Source: an uncultured bacterium
Lineage (GTDB): Bacteria; Arandabacterota; Arandabacteria; Arandabacterales; Arandabacteraceae
Reading direction: 5' to 3'
Assembly (NCBI GenBank): GCA_964356335.1
Contig: CAYHHI010000003.1
Coordinates: 162 to 64,161 of the forward strand
DNA: 64,000 bases
Of the stretch, positions 28,339 through 38,723 are shown one piece after another. The notes beneath the pieces are model-generated. The model worked only from the letters and a program-made list of their open reading frames with translations, made no database searches and was not told the DNA's origin. Each line of letters starts with the position of its first letter. Positions within the stretch are counted from its first letter, which is position 1. Both the position numbers and the translations under genes were made by a program.

Positions 28339-29169
28339 ATGGAAGCATGTAGAAACTTGTCGCGGCCTCCACGCCTGCTTGCCCTAGGATTACTGGTTGC
28401 CGGGCTCGCCATAGGTTTCGTGGCCGCGCCCTTATCTTTCGATGCCCTTGCAAAGAAGCCTGCTCTCCCGCGCCCCGTGGGTTTCGTAAGTGACTTCTCC
28501 AACATGATATCTCCGCGTGCCGAGGCGACAATCGCGAGCATCGCCGAAGAGGTCAAGACCAAGACTGGGGCCGAGATCGCCGTTGCCACAATTCAAACTA
28601 CCGGCGGCGTTGCGATAGAACCTTACTCCGTCGAGCTCTTCACGGAGTGGGGGATCGGTGAGACGGGCAAGGACAACGGTATCCTCATCCTCGTCGCGGC
28701 CGAGGACCACCAGATGTGGATCAAGACCGGGTATGGCCTGGAGGGCGCGATTCCCGATGCCTCAGCTCACATGATATATCGCGACGTTCTCCGGCCGGGT
28801 TTCAGGGCCGGCGAATATGACCGGGCACTTGTAACCGCGGTCAATATGATAGCGGATCGGATCCTAAAGGATAGCGGGCAGGCTTATGCTTACGGCGATT
28901 CCGTACCCGAGAACCTTGTGCTGAAGAGGGCTGCCAGCGGCGGGAGCGGCGATTCGGTGTCACCAGCTCGGCTTGTCGTGGGATTCGGATTCTTCCTGTT
29001 CATTCTCATGATCGTGGTCATGACGTTTGCGGCGCGCTATGGCCACCGCAGGGGACTGGGTGGCTTCTGGATGGGGGGTTTTGGAGGTTCATCGGGAGGG
29101 TTTGGGGGTGGCTTTGGCGGTTTTGGAGGTGGATCCTGCGGTGGGGGAGGCGCCGGTGGTGGATGGTAG
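28339..29169 (+). CDS. TPM-domain protein (YgcG/TLP18.3 family) with C-terminal TM and Gly-rich tail
   Basis: GFVSDFSNMISP...AEIAVATI...NGILILVAAEDHQMWIKTGYGLEGAIPDA is the TPM phosphatase-domain signature. The C-terminal GGFGGSSGGFGGGFGG repeat is typical of this family. Confidence 0.8.
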   Translation: MEACRNLSRPPRLLALGLLVAGLAIGFVAAPLSFDALAKKPALPRPVGFVSDFSNMISPRAEATIASIAEEVKTKTGAEIAVATIQTTGGVAIEPYSVELFTEWGIGETGKDNGILILVAAEDHQMWIKTGYGLEGAIPDASAHMIYRDVLRPGFRAGEYDRALVTAVNMIADRILKDSGQAYAYGDSVPENLVLKRAASGGSGDSVSPARLVVGFGFFLFILMIVVMTFAARYGHRRGLGGFWMGGFGGSSGGFGGGFGGFGGGSCGGGGAGGGW

Positions 29170-29317
29170 GAGGCCGTGGGTGTTGAGGGATGGTAAGGGA
29201 GAGACGGAGTGGAGGTGGAAGGGAAGCTTGATCGAGAGGAGCAAGGCGTTGTCAGATGGTAAGACATGCGTAGGTGTGTCGGAGCGGGAGACTTGAAAGG
29301 TAAGCGGAGGTAACACA

Positions 29318-29890
29318 ATGAAAGCAGCGGGTGCATGGATTGGCTTAATCGCAGTTGTGGTGGTGGTATTGGGCTTTGTGGGGTGGTATGTCAATGGCCT
29401 CAATCGCGCGGTGAGGCTGCACGAGACTGTCAGTGAGAAGTGGGCGCAGGTTGAGACCATGCTCCAGCGAAGGAATGATCTCATCCCGAACCTTGTGAAC
29501 ACCGTCCAGGGCTATGCCGCTCATGAAAAAGGCCTGTTCGAAGAGATAACGAGATTGAGGAGCCAGTGGTCGCAGGCCACCACGGTCCAGCAGAAGATAG
29601 ACAACGCGCGGGCAATGGAGGGGGCACTCGGACGTCTCATGGTCGTTGTCGAGAGCTACCCCGAGCTCAAGGCAGTCGAGAATTTCCAAACCCTCATGGC
29701 ACAATTGGAAGGTGCTGAGAATCGCATTTCGACAGAGCGGGTGAGATACAATGACGCCGTGCGGGCCTTCAATACATACATAAGAGAGGTCTTCGGCAAG
29801 TTCTTCGCAAAGCGCCGCGGGCTCACTGAACCCATGCCTTACTTCGAAGCAGCTCCCGGGGCGGAGAAGGTACCCGAGGTCAAGTTCTAG
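29318..29890 (+). CDS. lemA: LemA family protein
   Basis: N-terminal TM followed by the LemA helical domain (LIPNLVNTVQGYAAHEK...ENRISTERVRYNDAV). Confidence 0.85.
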   Translation: MKAAGAWIGLIAVVVVVLGFVGWYVNGLNRAVRLHETVSEKWAQVETMLQRRNDLIPNLVNTVQGYAAHEKGLFEEITRLRSQWSQATTVQQKIDNARAMEGALGRLMVVVESYPELKAVENFQTLMAQLEGAENRISTERVRYNDAVRAFNTYIREVFGKFFAKRRGLTEPMPYFEAAPGAEKVPEVKF

Positions 29891-29907
29891 GCTCTCTGGC
29901 CCATAGA

Positions 29908-29929
29908 CTTCCTGGCCTCTTCCAGGAAG
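29908..29929. terminator. Possible weak bidirectional terminator hairpin between convergent lemA and the GT4 gene
   Basis: 8-bp stem CTTCCTGG/CCAGGAAG with a 6-nt loop. There is no clean T-run. Confidence 0.25.
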
Positions 29930-29981
29930 GCGATCAGTTTCTCGGGTTCATCAGTGCCGATGATGCGGAGCTTGCCGTTCA

Positions 29982-31112
29982 TCATCTACTTACAAGTTCA
30001 GCATAGACCCCTTGGGTCTCTGCCACCATCTTTTCCAGAGTAAGATTCTCCTCGAAGAACTTTCTTCCGCTTGCACCCATCGTCTGCCTCATAGCGGGCC
30101 GGCGGAGAAGCGTCAGGATCTTCTCTGCAAGGGGCTCGGGCTCGCCTGGCGGCGTCAGGAGGCCGCTCACGCCGTCATTCACGAGTTCGATGTTCCCGCC
30201 GACGGCGGTAGCGACGACGGGTTTGGCCATTCCCATATACTCGGCGATGCTGTTTGAGAGGCCTTCGCTGTACTCGGCGTGCGATGCGAGCACACACACG
30301 TCGAATTGCTTTACGAGATCAAGCACGTCACGTCTGTGACCAAGGAAACACGTGCGCTGGGATATGCCGAGATCGCTTGCGAGGGCCTCATACTCCGGCC
30401 GCTTGTCACCATCACCGACGATGACTGCAACCGCCTGGTTGTCTTCACGAAACACGATCGCGAGCGCTCTCAAGAAGTTAGGGTAGTCCTTAAGAAAGGT
30501 CAAATTAGCGACGTGACCGATCAGGGGCACGCCCTCAGGGAGACCGAGATCGGCCCGGGGCCTTTGCTTCCTGAGATCGAAGTCCGTCGACACGTAGCCG
30601 TTGTAGATGATTCTTGTCTTGGCTCTGCCCGGCCAGTGCCTGAAGTAGTAATCCGCACCGGCCTTCGAGTTGGATATTATGCGGTCGGCGATGAGAAATG
30701 CGAACCTTTCGGATATATCGCTCGGACGCCACCGGGGGCCTGCTATCCTGATCGTTGCTATGACCCGTGCGCCTGCGAGTTTGCCACCGACCGTCCCGTA
30801 GAATCCCGGAAGCCCGAGATACGCATGCACGATTGAAATGCGTTCTTTCCTAATGAGGCTTCTCAGTCTCCAGGCCACAGTCAGGTCCCAGCGCCACCGC
30901 CTCGCGACGTGGTGGACGGGGACATCCATTGCGGCTGCGCGCTCGGCAACGGGGCCGCCCGCCTCGAGGCAGACAAGGACCGGCTTGTATCTCTGCCTGT
31001 CGATTCCCCTGAAGAGTTCCAGGATCTGGCGCTCAGCGCCGCCTATGAAGCCTGTATCGTGTGCGAGAAAGAGAATGTTTACCTTCTGATTGGATGCCTG
31101 GTCCTGCGTCAT
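29982..31112 (-). CDS. Glycosyltransferase family 4 (GT-B fold)
   Basis: EGLSNSIAEYMGMAKPVVATAVGGNIELV matches the GT4 EX7E-type C-terminal motif. Start set at internal MTQDQ. Confidence 0.85.
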   Translation of the reverse strand: MTQDQASNQKVNILFLAHDTGFIGGAERQILELFRGIDRQRYKPVLVCLEAGGPVAERAAAMDVPVHHVARRWRWDLTVAWRLRSLIRKERISIVHAYLGLPGFYGTVGGKLAGARVIATIRIAGPRWRPSDISERFAFLIADRIISNSKAGADYYFRHWPGRAKTRIIYNGYVSTDFDLRKQRPRADLGLPEGVPLIGHVANLTFLKDYPNFLRALAIVFREDNQAVAVIVGDGDKRPEYEALASDLGISQRTCFLGHRRDVLDLVKQFDVCVLASHAEYSEGLSNSIAEYMGMAKPVVATAVGGNIELVNDGVSGLLTPPGEPEPLAEKILTLLRRPAMRQTMGASGRKFFEENLTLEKMVAETQGVYAELVSR

Positions 31113-31311
31113 CAATAAGCCTCCGCGAGATTCCCCAAAGATCCGAGGTGCCCCCCGAAACATCCGGTCTACCGCGCGCCTTCCGATCGGGCGCATTTGT
31201 ACCGCACACCCACAGTCGGCACATCATATACCACCGAAGGGGAGGATGCCATATCTTAGTCGATGACCGCATCCTGATCTTCTGAATCTTTGACCAGCCA
31301 AGGCCAAGACT

Positions 31312-32712
31312 CTAGATCCTGATCTTCTGCCACCTGCCGCTGCGGAATCTCAAGAAAAAGGTGATGCTGAGGGCTATTATGTAAATTGTAATGCCCGCCC
31401 ATGCGCCCAAGACACCAAACTTGAGGACGAAGGCGCCGATGTAGGCCAGGGGCACGAACACCAACCAGACGTATGCGATTCCAACAAGCATTGTCCACAA
31501 GGTATCGCCTGAGCCTCGCAAACAGCCGCTACTGATGATGCCGATCCCATCGAATATCTGAAACATGGCGGCCATCCTCAGGATGGGGGTTCCCATTCGA
31601 ATGACCTCGGGATCGGAGTTTATCAGAGAGATCAGCTTGTCAGGGAAAACCGCAAATACGACGGCCAAGGTCGCAGTATAAAGAAGCCCCAGCCTGTTCG
31701 CCGAACGGCCGCTGCGGACCGCGAAGTGGATCTCTTTCGAGCCGATATACTGGCCCACGAGGGTTGTCGCAGCGATCGACATGCCGACGATCGGCATAAA
31801 GGAAAGCGACATGAACCTCAGGGCCACTTCGCTTGCAGCCAGGCCCGTGGTGCTGATCCTGCCGATTACGGCGTAGAACACAATGAAACCACCCTGGTCG
31901 AGGAACCACTGTACGCCGATAGGAGCGCTGACGCGAACAAGCCTCAAAAGGGCGCCAAGGTCGGGTCGCCAGTGGGCCCGAGTCGAGTATCTCGCTGAGT
32001 GTTTCTTCGAAAGGAAGATCGCGAGGAACATCGCTGTCGCCACGGCGGTGGCGAAGACCGTGCCAATCGCCGAGCCATTGGTGCCCAGGCGCGGAAATCC
32101 CAGTTTCCCGAAAATCAAGCAGTAGTTGGCGAGGATGTTGATGGCATTTGCGATGAGCGTGACCTTGAGCGGGGTCATGGTATCGCCGAGACCTCTGAGG
32201 AAAGATGAGAAGCAGATCCAGGATACCATGAAGACGCCCCCGAGAAGTCTGATTCTCAGAAAGGACGAGGCGACCTGCTGAACCTCAGCGCTGGGGCCCA
32301 TCAGCTTAACAAAATAGGGGCTAAAGACGCTCATTATAGCGAGGAAGATGCCTGAGAAGATGGCGAGATGTATGCCCTGCCAGGTCATCTTGCCTACATT
32401 CTTGTAACGCCCTGCACCAAAGTCCTGTGCCACGAATGTGTTGACGCCGATCACGAGGCCATTGAAGAAAGCGAAAAGCCCCCAGACCAGGGTGCCTGCC
32501 AGGCCGACGCCTGCAAGTTGGACGACTCCGAGCTTTCCCACCATCACGGCATCGACGAAGCTCAACGAAGTCTGGCCTATCATGGTCAACACGGCAGGAT
32601 AAGCAATCTCCCATACTTCGGCGTAGCCTCCCTTCTTGTGGTCAGGGAAAACCCGCCGCTCTGAATATGACTCGGTTATCTGGCTATCGAGTAACTCTGA
32701 CAACTGGTCCAC
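31312..32712 (-). CDS. MATE family multidrug/toxin efflux transporter
   Basis: 12-TM protein with two MatE repeats. Confidence 0.85.
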   Translation of the reverse strand: MDQLSELLDSQITESYSERRVFPDHKKGGYAEVWEIAYPAVLTMIGQTSLSFVDAVMVGKLGVVQLAGVGLAGTLVWGLFAFFNGLVIGVNTFVAQDFGAGRYKNVGKMTWQGIHLAIFSGIFLAIMSVFSPYFVKLMGPSAEVQQVASSFLRIRLLGGVFMVSWICFSSFLRGLGDTMTPLKVTLIANAINILANYCLIFGKLGFPRLGTNGSAIGTVFATAVATAMFLAIFLSKKHSARYSTRAHWRPDLGALLRLVRVSAPIGVQWFLDQGGFIVFYAVIGRISTTGLAASEVALRFMSLSFMPIVGMSIAATTLVGQYIGSKEIHFAVRSGRSANRLGLLYTATLAVVFAVFPDKLISLINSDPEVIRMGTPILRMAAMFQIFDGIGIISSGCLRGSGDTLWTMLVGIAYVWLVFVPLAYIGAFVLKFGVLGAWAGITIYIIALSITFFLRFRSGRWQKIRI

Positions 32713-32949
32713 TCCTTGAATGAGGGCGACTCTCAGTTCTTCCTATTTTCTCACGCCTCATTCAACAGGGATGCATCCCATTTTCCCGCGCGGGATCTCC
32801 GCGATGGCGCTTGCCCCTAATTTCAGGGAAAGTAAGCACTTTGTCAATCACGTCCCTGTGCTTGCCTCACTTCCCTTGACCGTGCCGACGGCGTTTGGTA
32901 GATTGCTGGAGTGTGGATGCCTATGAACTGTGAACGAGGGAGGAAAGAG

Positions 32950-34485
32950 ATGGTCGTAAGAATCGATGGGAATAGCCTGACGATAGAACAGGTGCATGAG
33001 GTGGCGCGGAACCATGCAAGGGTCGTGCTTTCCGATAAGGCCAGGCGCGCGGTAATAAGATGCAGGCGGACTGTCGAGGAACTCGTGCGCGAAGGCCAGA
33101 TGATATATGGTGTCACTACCGGTATCGGAGAGCTCGCGCGGGTCAGGGTATCTCCCGAGATGGGTCAGGAACTTCAGCGCAGGATAGTCTACAGCCACTC
33201 GGCGGGTGTCGGTGAGTTCTTCAAGGAGGACGAGGTCAGGGCCGGGATGCTTCTGCGGGCAAATGTGATTGCCAAGGGCTATTCGGCGGTGAGGCTGAGC
33301 ACTCTCCAGACTTTGATCGGCATGCTCAACCGCAACGTCGTACCTGCAATCAACGAGAAGGGCTCGGTTGGTACCAGCGGCGACCTTTCGCCCCTGTCAC
33401 AGATGGCTGAAGTTGTGATGGGTGAGGGAAGAGCTTTCTACAAGGGCAAGCTTGTGAGCGGCGCAGAGGCGCTGAGGAAGGCAGGGCTCAAACCCGTCAC
33501 GCTGAGTTTCAAGGAAGGCCTGGGACTGATCAACGGCTCGCAGATGTTCACCGGCTGCGGCGCCCTGCGACTCTATGATGCCTACCGCGTGTTCAAGACC
33601 GCAATGATTGCGAGTGCCATGAGCGCAGATGCTTTGAGGACTCCGCCCCGGGCTTTCGACAAACGCGCCCACGAGGTAAGGCCTTTCAACGGCCAGAACA
33701 CTGTGGCTGGGAACCTGAGGCGGCTTCTCAAGGGTTCGAAGCTGGCAAGTGGCGGCGGCAAAGTTCAGGACGCCTATAGCCTGCGCTGCATTCCCCAGAT
33801 ATACGGCCCGTCACTTGACGCCCTGCATTACATCAGGCAACAGATCGAAATCGAGATGAACTCGGCTGCCGATAACCCGCTCTTCTTCGCTGCCGACAGG
33901 GAGCAGGTTGCGTGCGGCAACTTCCATGGCCAGCCTGTTGCAATGGCCCTTGATCTCCTCGCGATCGCGATGAGCGAAGTCGGAGGCTTAAGCGAGCGAC
34001 ACATAAACAGGCTCCTGAACCCCCATCTCAATGTCGGGCTGCCCGGGTTCCTGGTGAAGGGTGAAGGCCTCAACTCGGGTCTCATGGTTGCGCAGTACAC
34101 TGCGGCTTCGCTGTGTTCGGAGAACAAGCTGCTTTCTCATCCGGCCATCGTTGACAACTTCAGCATGGCCGCTGATCAGGAAGATCATGTTTGTATGGGC
34201 CCGATCGCTGCCCGCAAGGCAAAAGAGATAATCTGGAATGTCATCAATGTGCTCGCGATTGAGATGATGAGCGCGGCCCAGGCTTTTGATTTCAGAGAAG
34301 AGACACCGGGCGTCGGACCGCTCACCGCGTATAAAGAGATCCGCAAAGTGGTGAAGATGCTCAAAAAAGATAGAGTGCTGTATCCAGACATTCAGGTGAT
34401 AGCGAAGAAGATCGCGAGCTGGGAGATCCTTGAGGCCGTCGAGGCGAGAGTCGGGCAGATGGATCTCTTCTGGGGCAAGCGCTGA
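32950..34485 (+). CDS. hutH: Histidine ammonia-lyase family enzyme (MIO-dependent) with Thr-Ser-Gly in place of Ala-Ser-Gly
   Basis: GSVGTSGDLSPLSQMA aligns with the MIO-forming loop. The YSHSAGVG selectivity region has the Ser-His of histidine ammonia-lyases. Shows the C-terminal lyase fold. RBS GAGGGAGG upstream of ATG. Confidence 0.8.
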   Translation: MVVRIDGNSLTIEQVHEVARNHARVVLSDKARRAVIRCRRTVEELVREGQMIYGVTTGIGELARVRVSPEMGQELQRRIVYSHSAGVGEFFKEDEVRAGMLLRANVIAKGYSAVRLSTLQTLIGMLNRNVVPAINEKGSVGTSGDLSPLSQMAEVVMGEGRAFYKGKLVSGAEALRKAGLKPVTLSFKEGLGLINGSQMFTGCGALRLYDAYRVFKTAMIASAMSADALRTPPRAFDKRAHEVRPFNGQNTVAGNLRRLLKGSKLASGGGKVQDAYSLRCIPQIYGPSLDALHYIRQQIEIEMNSAADNPLFFAADREQVACGNFHGQPVAMALDLLAIAMSEVGGLSERHINRLLNPHLNVGLPGFLVKGEGLNSGLMVAQYTAASLCSENKLLSHPAIVDNFSMAADQEDHVCMGPIAARKAKEIIWNVINVLAIEMMSAAQAFDFREETPGVGPLTAYKEIRKVVKMLKKDRVLYPDIQVIAKKIASWEILEAVEARVGQMDLFWGKR

Positions 34486-34640
34486 TTCAATGGGGATACT
34501 CGAGTCGGCAAGTGGGAGCGCCGCCTCTCGGAGGTTGTGGAGGAGAATTCGATCGGCAAGGCGAATGGCGCTGGACGTCCAGAAGGTCCAGGTGCAAATG
34601 GCGTTAACGGGGTATTCTGAGATTCAGAGGTGATCCAGCC

Positions 34641-35585
34641 ATGCAAAGAGTGAAAGCGCCTTGGATTCTTGTCGGTGCAATCGTCGTTTTGGTCACCCTG
34701 CAGTGCGGAGTAGATAAGGGTCCTGGCCCGGATGGGGAAGGGCTCATTATCGCTCCTGATTCCTGCACCGTTGAGGTGAGTTCATCTCAAGAGTTCAGTG
34801 TTGAGCTCGCTGGGCAGGCTCCTGACGTCACGTGGTATGTGGACGGGACGCTGGGGGGAACGCCTTCGACGGGTATGATCACCAGGATTGCAGGCAAATG
34901 GGTGTACGTAGCACCGCCCGAGAAGCCCTCCGCAGGCCATGTGACACTTAAGGCAGTAGGCGAGGCGGATACATCGCTTCAGGCAACAGCGAAAGTGGTG
35001 ATCGAGAAGGAGCTGCTGACTCGGTTTGTGGCGATCGCGCCAGCTGATAGTACCGTGCCGGTGGCAGATTCAGTCGCCTTCTCTGCCACCTTCGTTGAGT
35101 GTTCTTCGCAGCATGTCACGTGGGAGATGGATCTGGTCACAGGCGACCCTGACCAGTGGGGAACCCTGCGATCGAACGGTACTTATGTCGCCCCCGCGTC
35201 GCCCAGCGGGAACTTCACACTGATGGTGCGGGCAAGCAGCGATGGTTGCGCGGACAAGATCGGTATCGCCAGGATCATTGTGAAGGCGCCAATGGCATTC
35301 ACGATTGAGATCGAGGACACGCTGGCAAGCTCGGGTGGGGGCTTGCAGATTGTTACCTGTGGGGGCGAGGGAGGCAGGCTTGCTCTTTACGGGCTTGATC
35401 AACCCGGTGAATGGGTTCTGGTGCGCATGCAGGTGCCGGCCTCGGGGACCTATTCGGCCTCTATATGGTATGCGGGGCCCGACAACTCCAATATAGGTGA
35501 GAATATTATCGGGCAGGGCTGTGGCTTTGGCGGGCTCGACCCTGAGGCCGATTTCACCCTGGATAAGGGGTCCGGCTTTGGTTGA
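34641..35585 (+). CDS. Hypothetical secreted protein/lipoprotein with Ig-like repeats
   Basis: Signal peptide with Cys after it (LVTLQCG). Repetitive beta-rich sequence. Confidence 0.4.
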   Translation: MQRVKAPWILVGAIVVLVTLQCGVDKGPGPDGEGLIIAPDSCTVEVSSSQEFSVELAGQAPDVTWYVDGTLGGTPSTGMITRIAGKWVYVAPPEKPSAGHVTLKAVGEADTSLQATAKVVIEKELLTRFVAIAPADSTVPVADSVAFSATFVECSSQHVTWEMDLVTGDPDQWGTLRSNGTYVAPASPSGNFTLMVRASSDGCADKIGIARIIVKAPMAFTIEIEDTLASSGGGLQIVTCGGEGGRLALYGLDQPGEWVLVRMQVPASGTYSASIWYAGPDNSNIGENIIGQGCGFGGLDPEADFTLDKGSGFG

Positions 35586-35802
35586 ACTGAAAAGTACTAT
35601 CCTGCTGCCGGGAGCAGCACTTTCAAGCTCAAGGAAGGATCGTGCGCATTAAAGATAACGCACCTTGCCGGCCCGAGCGCCAAACTTGACAACATCAGTT
35701 TTCAGCCGGTCGTGACAACGCAGTAGGCTTCGGGCAAGCACTGGCTTCGAGGAGTTGTCACCAGGCGGGGCCACGGCGAGGCTGCGCCGGGAACTACTTG
35801 AA

Positions 35803-36540
35803 TCACATCCGGGCACTGAAGTAAATCCTCACGAGTCCTCTGCCGTCTGTGTCACCCGCGATCCTGAATGGCAGTCTGCGGGCAAGGTCTGCCCTGTCCA
35901 CATGCAGCCACGCAAGGTATGCGCGTGAGAATTCGGCAGAGAGAACTCCTATGCAGGCTCCGGCGATGACGTCGGAGGCATAATGCCTCTGGCTATAGAT
36001 GCGTGAGTAGGCGATCAGGGTGGCCAAGCTGTAGGCCGGGATCTTCATCCTGGGATAAGCATGGCCGACGCAGGACGCTGCCGCGAACGCGGTCGCAGCA
36101 TGACTCGAGGGAAAAGAGGAGTTGCCTCTCGGACCGGTGCCCGTCGGGCGTTTCCTACCTATCGCGTACTTGAGCGGACTCACGATCATCTCCGATATGG
36201 CAATGGACTTCGCGCACGCCTCGAGCGCAGAAAAGGATTTCTCATCACCCCAGGCGATTATCGGCAAAGACGCCAGGACGAAATTCTCCTTGTTCCATTC
36301 CGCGCTCAAGGTGGTCATGAGGTGGTCCAGGTTGTGTGATCTGTGGTCCTGGACGAATTCCATGATTTCGCGATCGAAGGCATTAGCGGCGGACGAGATC
36401 GCGGGATGACCTGCCGCGAAGATGATAATGAGATAGAATAGCGCATGGGATACTGGCAGCCCGGCCCGGAAATGGGAGAGCGAAGCCGATTTCCGTGGCA
36501 GGCCCCTGAGTGGATGCCATGCGGCTCGTGGTCTTGTCAT
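35803..36540 (-). CDS. PAP2 superfamily phosphatase (type-2 phosphatidic acid phosphatase-like)
   Basis: KRPTG...PSSH...SRIYSQRHYASDVIAG is the three-motif PAP2 signature. Start set at MTRPRAAW. The 5' ORF extension to 37197 is proline-rich nonsense and was rejected. Confidence 0.75.
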   Translation of the reverse strand: MTRPRAAWHPLRGLPRKSASLSHFRAGLPVSHALFYLIIIFAAGHPAISSAANAFDREIMEFVQDHRSHNLDHLMTTLSAEWNKENFVLASLPIIAWGDEKSFSALEACAKSIAISEMIVSPLKYAIGRKRPTGTGPRGNSSFPSSHAATAFAAASCVGHAYPRMKIPAYSLATLIAYSRIYSQRHYASDVIAGACIGVLSAEFSRAYLAWLHVDRADLARRLPFRIAGDTDGRGLVRIYFSARM

Positions 36541-36763
36541 ATCGCTATGATACCCTGAGCCTCTGACTGAGGCAACATGGCCGTTTGGGATGAGCAAGGT
36601 ACGAGCGTGCCCGCAGATCGAGTCGCGGAGATAATCGTGGGCAATTGACAAATCGCGGCGACGCGTGTAACACTGTCGGATGAAACTCTTGTGGGGCATA
36701 TGTGGGAGGGAGTACTTGTTGTGATCACATGCGCATCTTCTAGGAAAAGGAGGCGAAGCAGCC

Positions 36764-37762
36764 ATGAAGGCAGGGATTGTTAGACAGTCAGTCCTCATCG
36801 GTTTGCTTGTGACTTTGGTTCTTGTGTCAGCGTTGGGTGCCGTTACGGAAAAAGGCAGCGAGCCCGTCGCCACATTCTCCATCGTCGGGTTTGATCCCGA
36901 GACCGGAGATCTGGGTATCGCCGTTGCCTCAAAGTTCCTTGCGGTCGGTTCGGTTGTGCCATGGGCAAAGGCGGGAATCGGCGCGATTGCAACGCAGGCA
37001 TACGCCAATACGACGTATGGCCCGAAGGGCCTGGAGCTTCTTGCATCGGGTCTCACTGCCCAGCAGACGCTTAACAATCTGCTCGCGGCCGATGAGGGCA
37101 GGGAGACGCGACAAGTTGGAATAGTCGATGCCAAGGGGGAGGCGGTCACCTGCACGGGGAAGGGGTGCAATGCCTGGGCGGGCGGAAAGACGGGCAAGCA
37201 CTACGCGTGTCAGGGAAACATCCTGGTGAGCGAGGCGACTGTAACTGCTCTTGCCACCGCGTTTGAGAGTAGCGAGGGAGATCTTGCTGTCCGGCTCGTG
37301 AAGGCGCTCAAGGCCGGTGAACAAGCCGGCGGCGACTCCAGGGGCAAACAGTCGGCCGCACTGCTTGTTGTCAGAGAAGGCGGTGGATTTCTAGGCCTCA
37401 ACGATCGCTACATAGATCTCCGTGTGGACGACCACCCTGAGCCCATTGACGAACTCTCGAGGCTCCTGTCGCTTCAGATGGCATACTCCGCCCTTTATAG
37501 GGCAGGTGCTCTCAGGCAGGAAGGCAAGCTTGATGCCGCCATAGCAGAGCTCAAGAAGGCATCCGAGGCGAGCCCCAACTCGCCCGAAGTGGCGTACGAT
37601 CTGGCTTGTTACTACTCGTTGGCGGGAATGAAAGCCCAGGCGCTCGACACCCTCAGGAAAGCTCTTACGCTAGCGCCTTCATTCAAGAAGATGGCCCGCG
37701 ACGACGCTGATCTCGCGCCCCTCAGGGATGAAGAAACCTTCAAGAAGATGCTTGGAGAGTGA
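36764..37762 (+). CDS. DUF1028 (Ntn-hydrolase-like) protein with C-terminal TPR-like helical region and signal peptide
   Basis: TFSIVGFDPETGDLGIAVASKF marks the DUF1028 N-terminus with a nucleophile-position Ser/Thr. C-terminal region is helical and Ala-rich. Confidence 0.65.
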   Translation: MKAGIVRQSVLIGLLVTLVLVSALGAVTEKGSEPVATFSIVGFDPETGDLGIAVASKFLAVGSVVPWAKAGIGAIATQAYANTTYGPKGLELLASGLTAQQTLNNLLAADEGRETRQVGIVDAKGEAVTCTGKGCNAWAGGKTGKHYACQGNILVSEATVTALATAFESSEGDLAVRLVKALKAGEQAGGDSRGKQSAALLVVREGGGFLGLNDRYIDLRVDDHPEPIDELSRLLSLQMAYSALYRAGALRQEGKLDAAIAELKKASEASPNSPEVAYDLACYYSLAGMKAQALDTLRKALTLAPSFKKMARDDADLAPLRDEETFKKMLGE

Positions 37763-37829
37763 AGCGTGTGAATAGGGCTCTGCCGGCGATCTTCGGTGCG
37801 TCCGCTCACTGACATATCTTCTTGCGCTT

Positions 37830-38069
37830 GTGATTGCGCAGAGCCGAAATCCGGCCGCTATCACGTCAAGATTCTTGCCGAACAAGATCGTCCTCTCTGT
37901 TCCGATCGACGGGGATGCCTCCGCTATAGGCTCGGTTACTTCTTTTGCTGCAGATTACTCGAGCATTGGCGGCAAGGCCACGGCATATGTTTGCCGGAAC
38001 TTCAAATGTGAACTGCCTACCACTGATGTGGCCAAGATGCTTGGGAATCTCAAGGTCCAACTATCGTAG
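37830..38069 (+). pseudogene. C-terminal remnant of a thioredoxin-domain protein of the YyaL/DUF255 family
   Basis: The 79-aa ORF ends ...KATAYVCRNFKCELPTTDVAKMLGNLK, matching the conserved C-terminal AYVCxNFxCxxPVTD block of YyaL-like proteins. No upstream body is present. Confidence 0.4.
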
Positions 38070-38154
38070 CTGGCTTTTCTGCTGGCCTTCGAATCTCGCA
38101 TTCGTGTAAGATCGTCCTTGATCGGAATGTCTAATTGCAGGGGGTATTCGCTGC

Positions 38155-38643
38155 TTGAAGAGATATGTTCCTCACGAGACTTTAAGATTAGCGGTGTGCC
38201 TGGCAATCCCCCTGCTTGCCGGTTTCATAGGCTCGCTCTTCACCCGTGAGGCGGTCACCACCTGGTACGTGACCCTGAGAAAGCCTGTCTTCACGCCACC
38301 GAGTTGGCTATTTGGCCCCGTCTGGACTGCGCTCTACGTGATGATGGGGATCGCCCTGTTCGCCATCTGGAGGAAAGGTGCGGGCATACCCGGCGTCAGA
38401 TCTGCCATCGTCCTCTTTGTGGTACAGCTTATCCTCAATACATTCTGGTCAATTGCCTTCTTCGGCTTGAGATCCCCTCTGCTGGGGGTGGTGGTGATAG
38501 CTGCCCTCTGGGTTGCACTCCTTCTTACGGTCGCAAGTTTCTTCAGAATATCATCGCTTGCCGGATGGCTGCTCGTACCCTACATGCTCTGGGTTAGCTT
38601 CGCATCCGTGCTGACCTTCTCCATATATTCTCTCAACAGGTGA
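38155..38643 (+). CDS. tspO: TspO/MBR family tryptophan-rich sensory protein
   Basis: 5-TM, Trp-rich (WYVTLRKPVFTPPSWLFGPVWTALY) protein. Confidence 0.85.
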   Translation: MKRYVPHETLRLAVCLAIPLLAGFIGSLFTREAVTTWYVTLRKPVFTPPSWLFGPVWTALYVMMGIALFAIWRKGAGIPGVRSAIVLFVVQLILNTFWSIAFFGLRSPLLGVVVIAALWVALLLTVASFFRISSLAGWLLVPYMLWVSFASVLTFSIYSLNR

Positions 38644-38723
38644 GCCTCGGGGGTCTCATATGGTTCGAGACCAACGTGAGGCAGAGAATTCGCGGGGGCG
38701 ACGAATCGGGCAGGGGGAACACG

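Noticed and set aside
36541-37197. N-terminal 219-aa extension of the PAP2 ORF
   Set aside because: Pro/Ser/Ala-rich low-complexity translation of GC-rich DNA. The PAP2 domain starts at an internal Met with a TM helix, and the extension overlaps the divergent DUF1028 upstream region.
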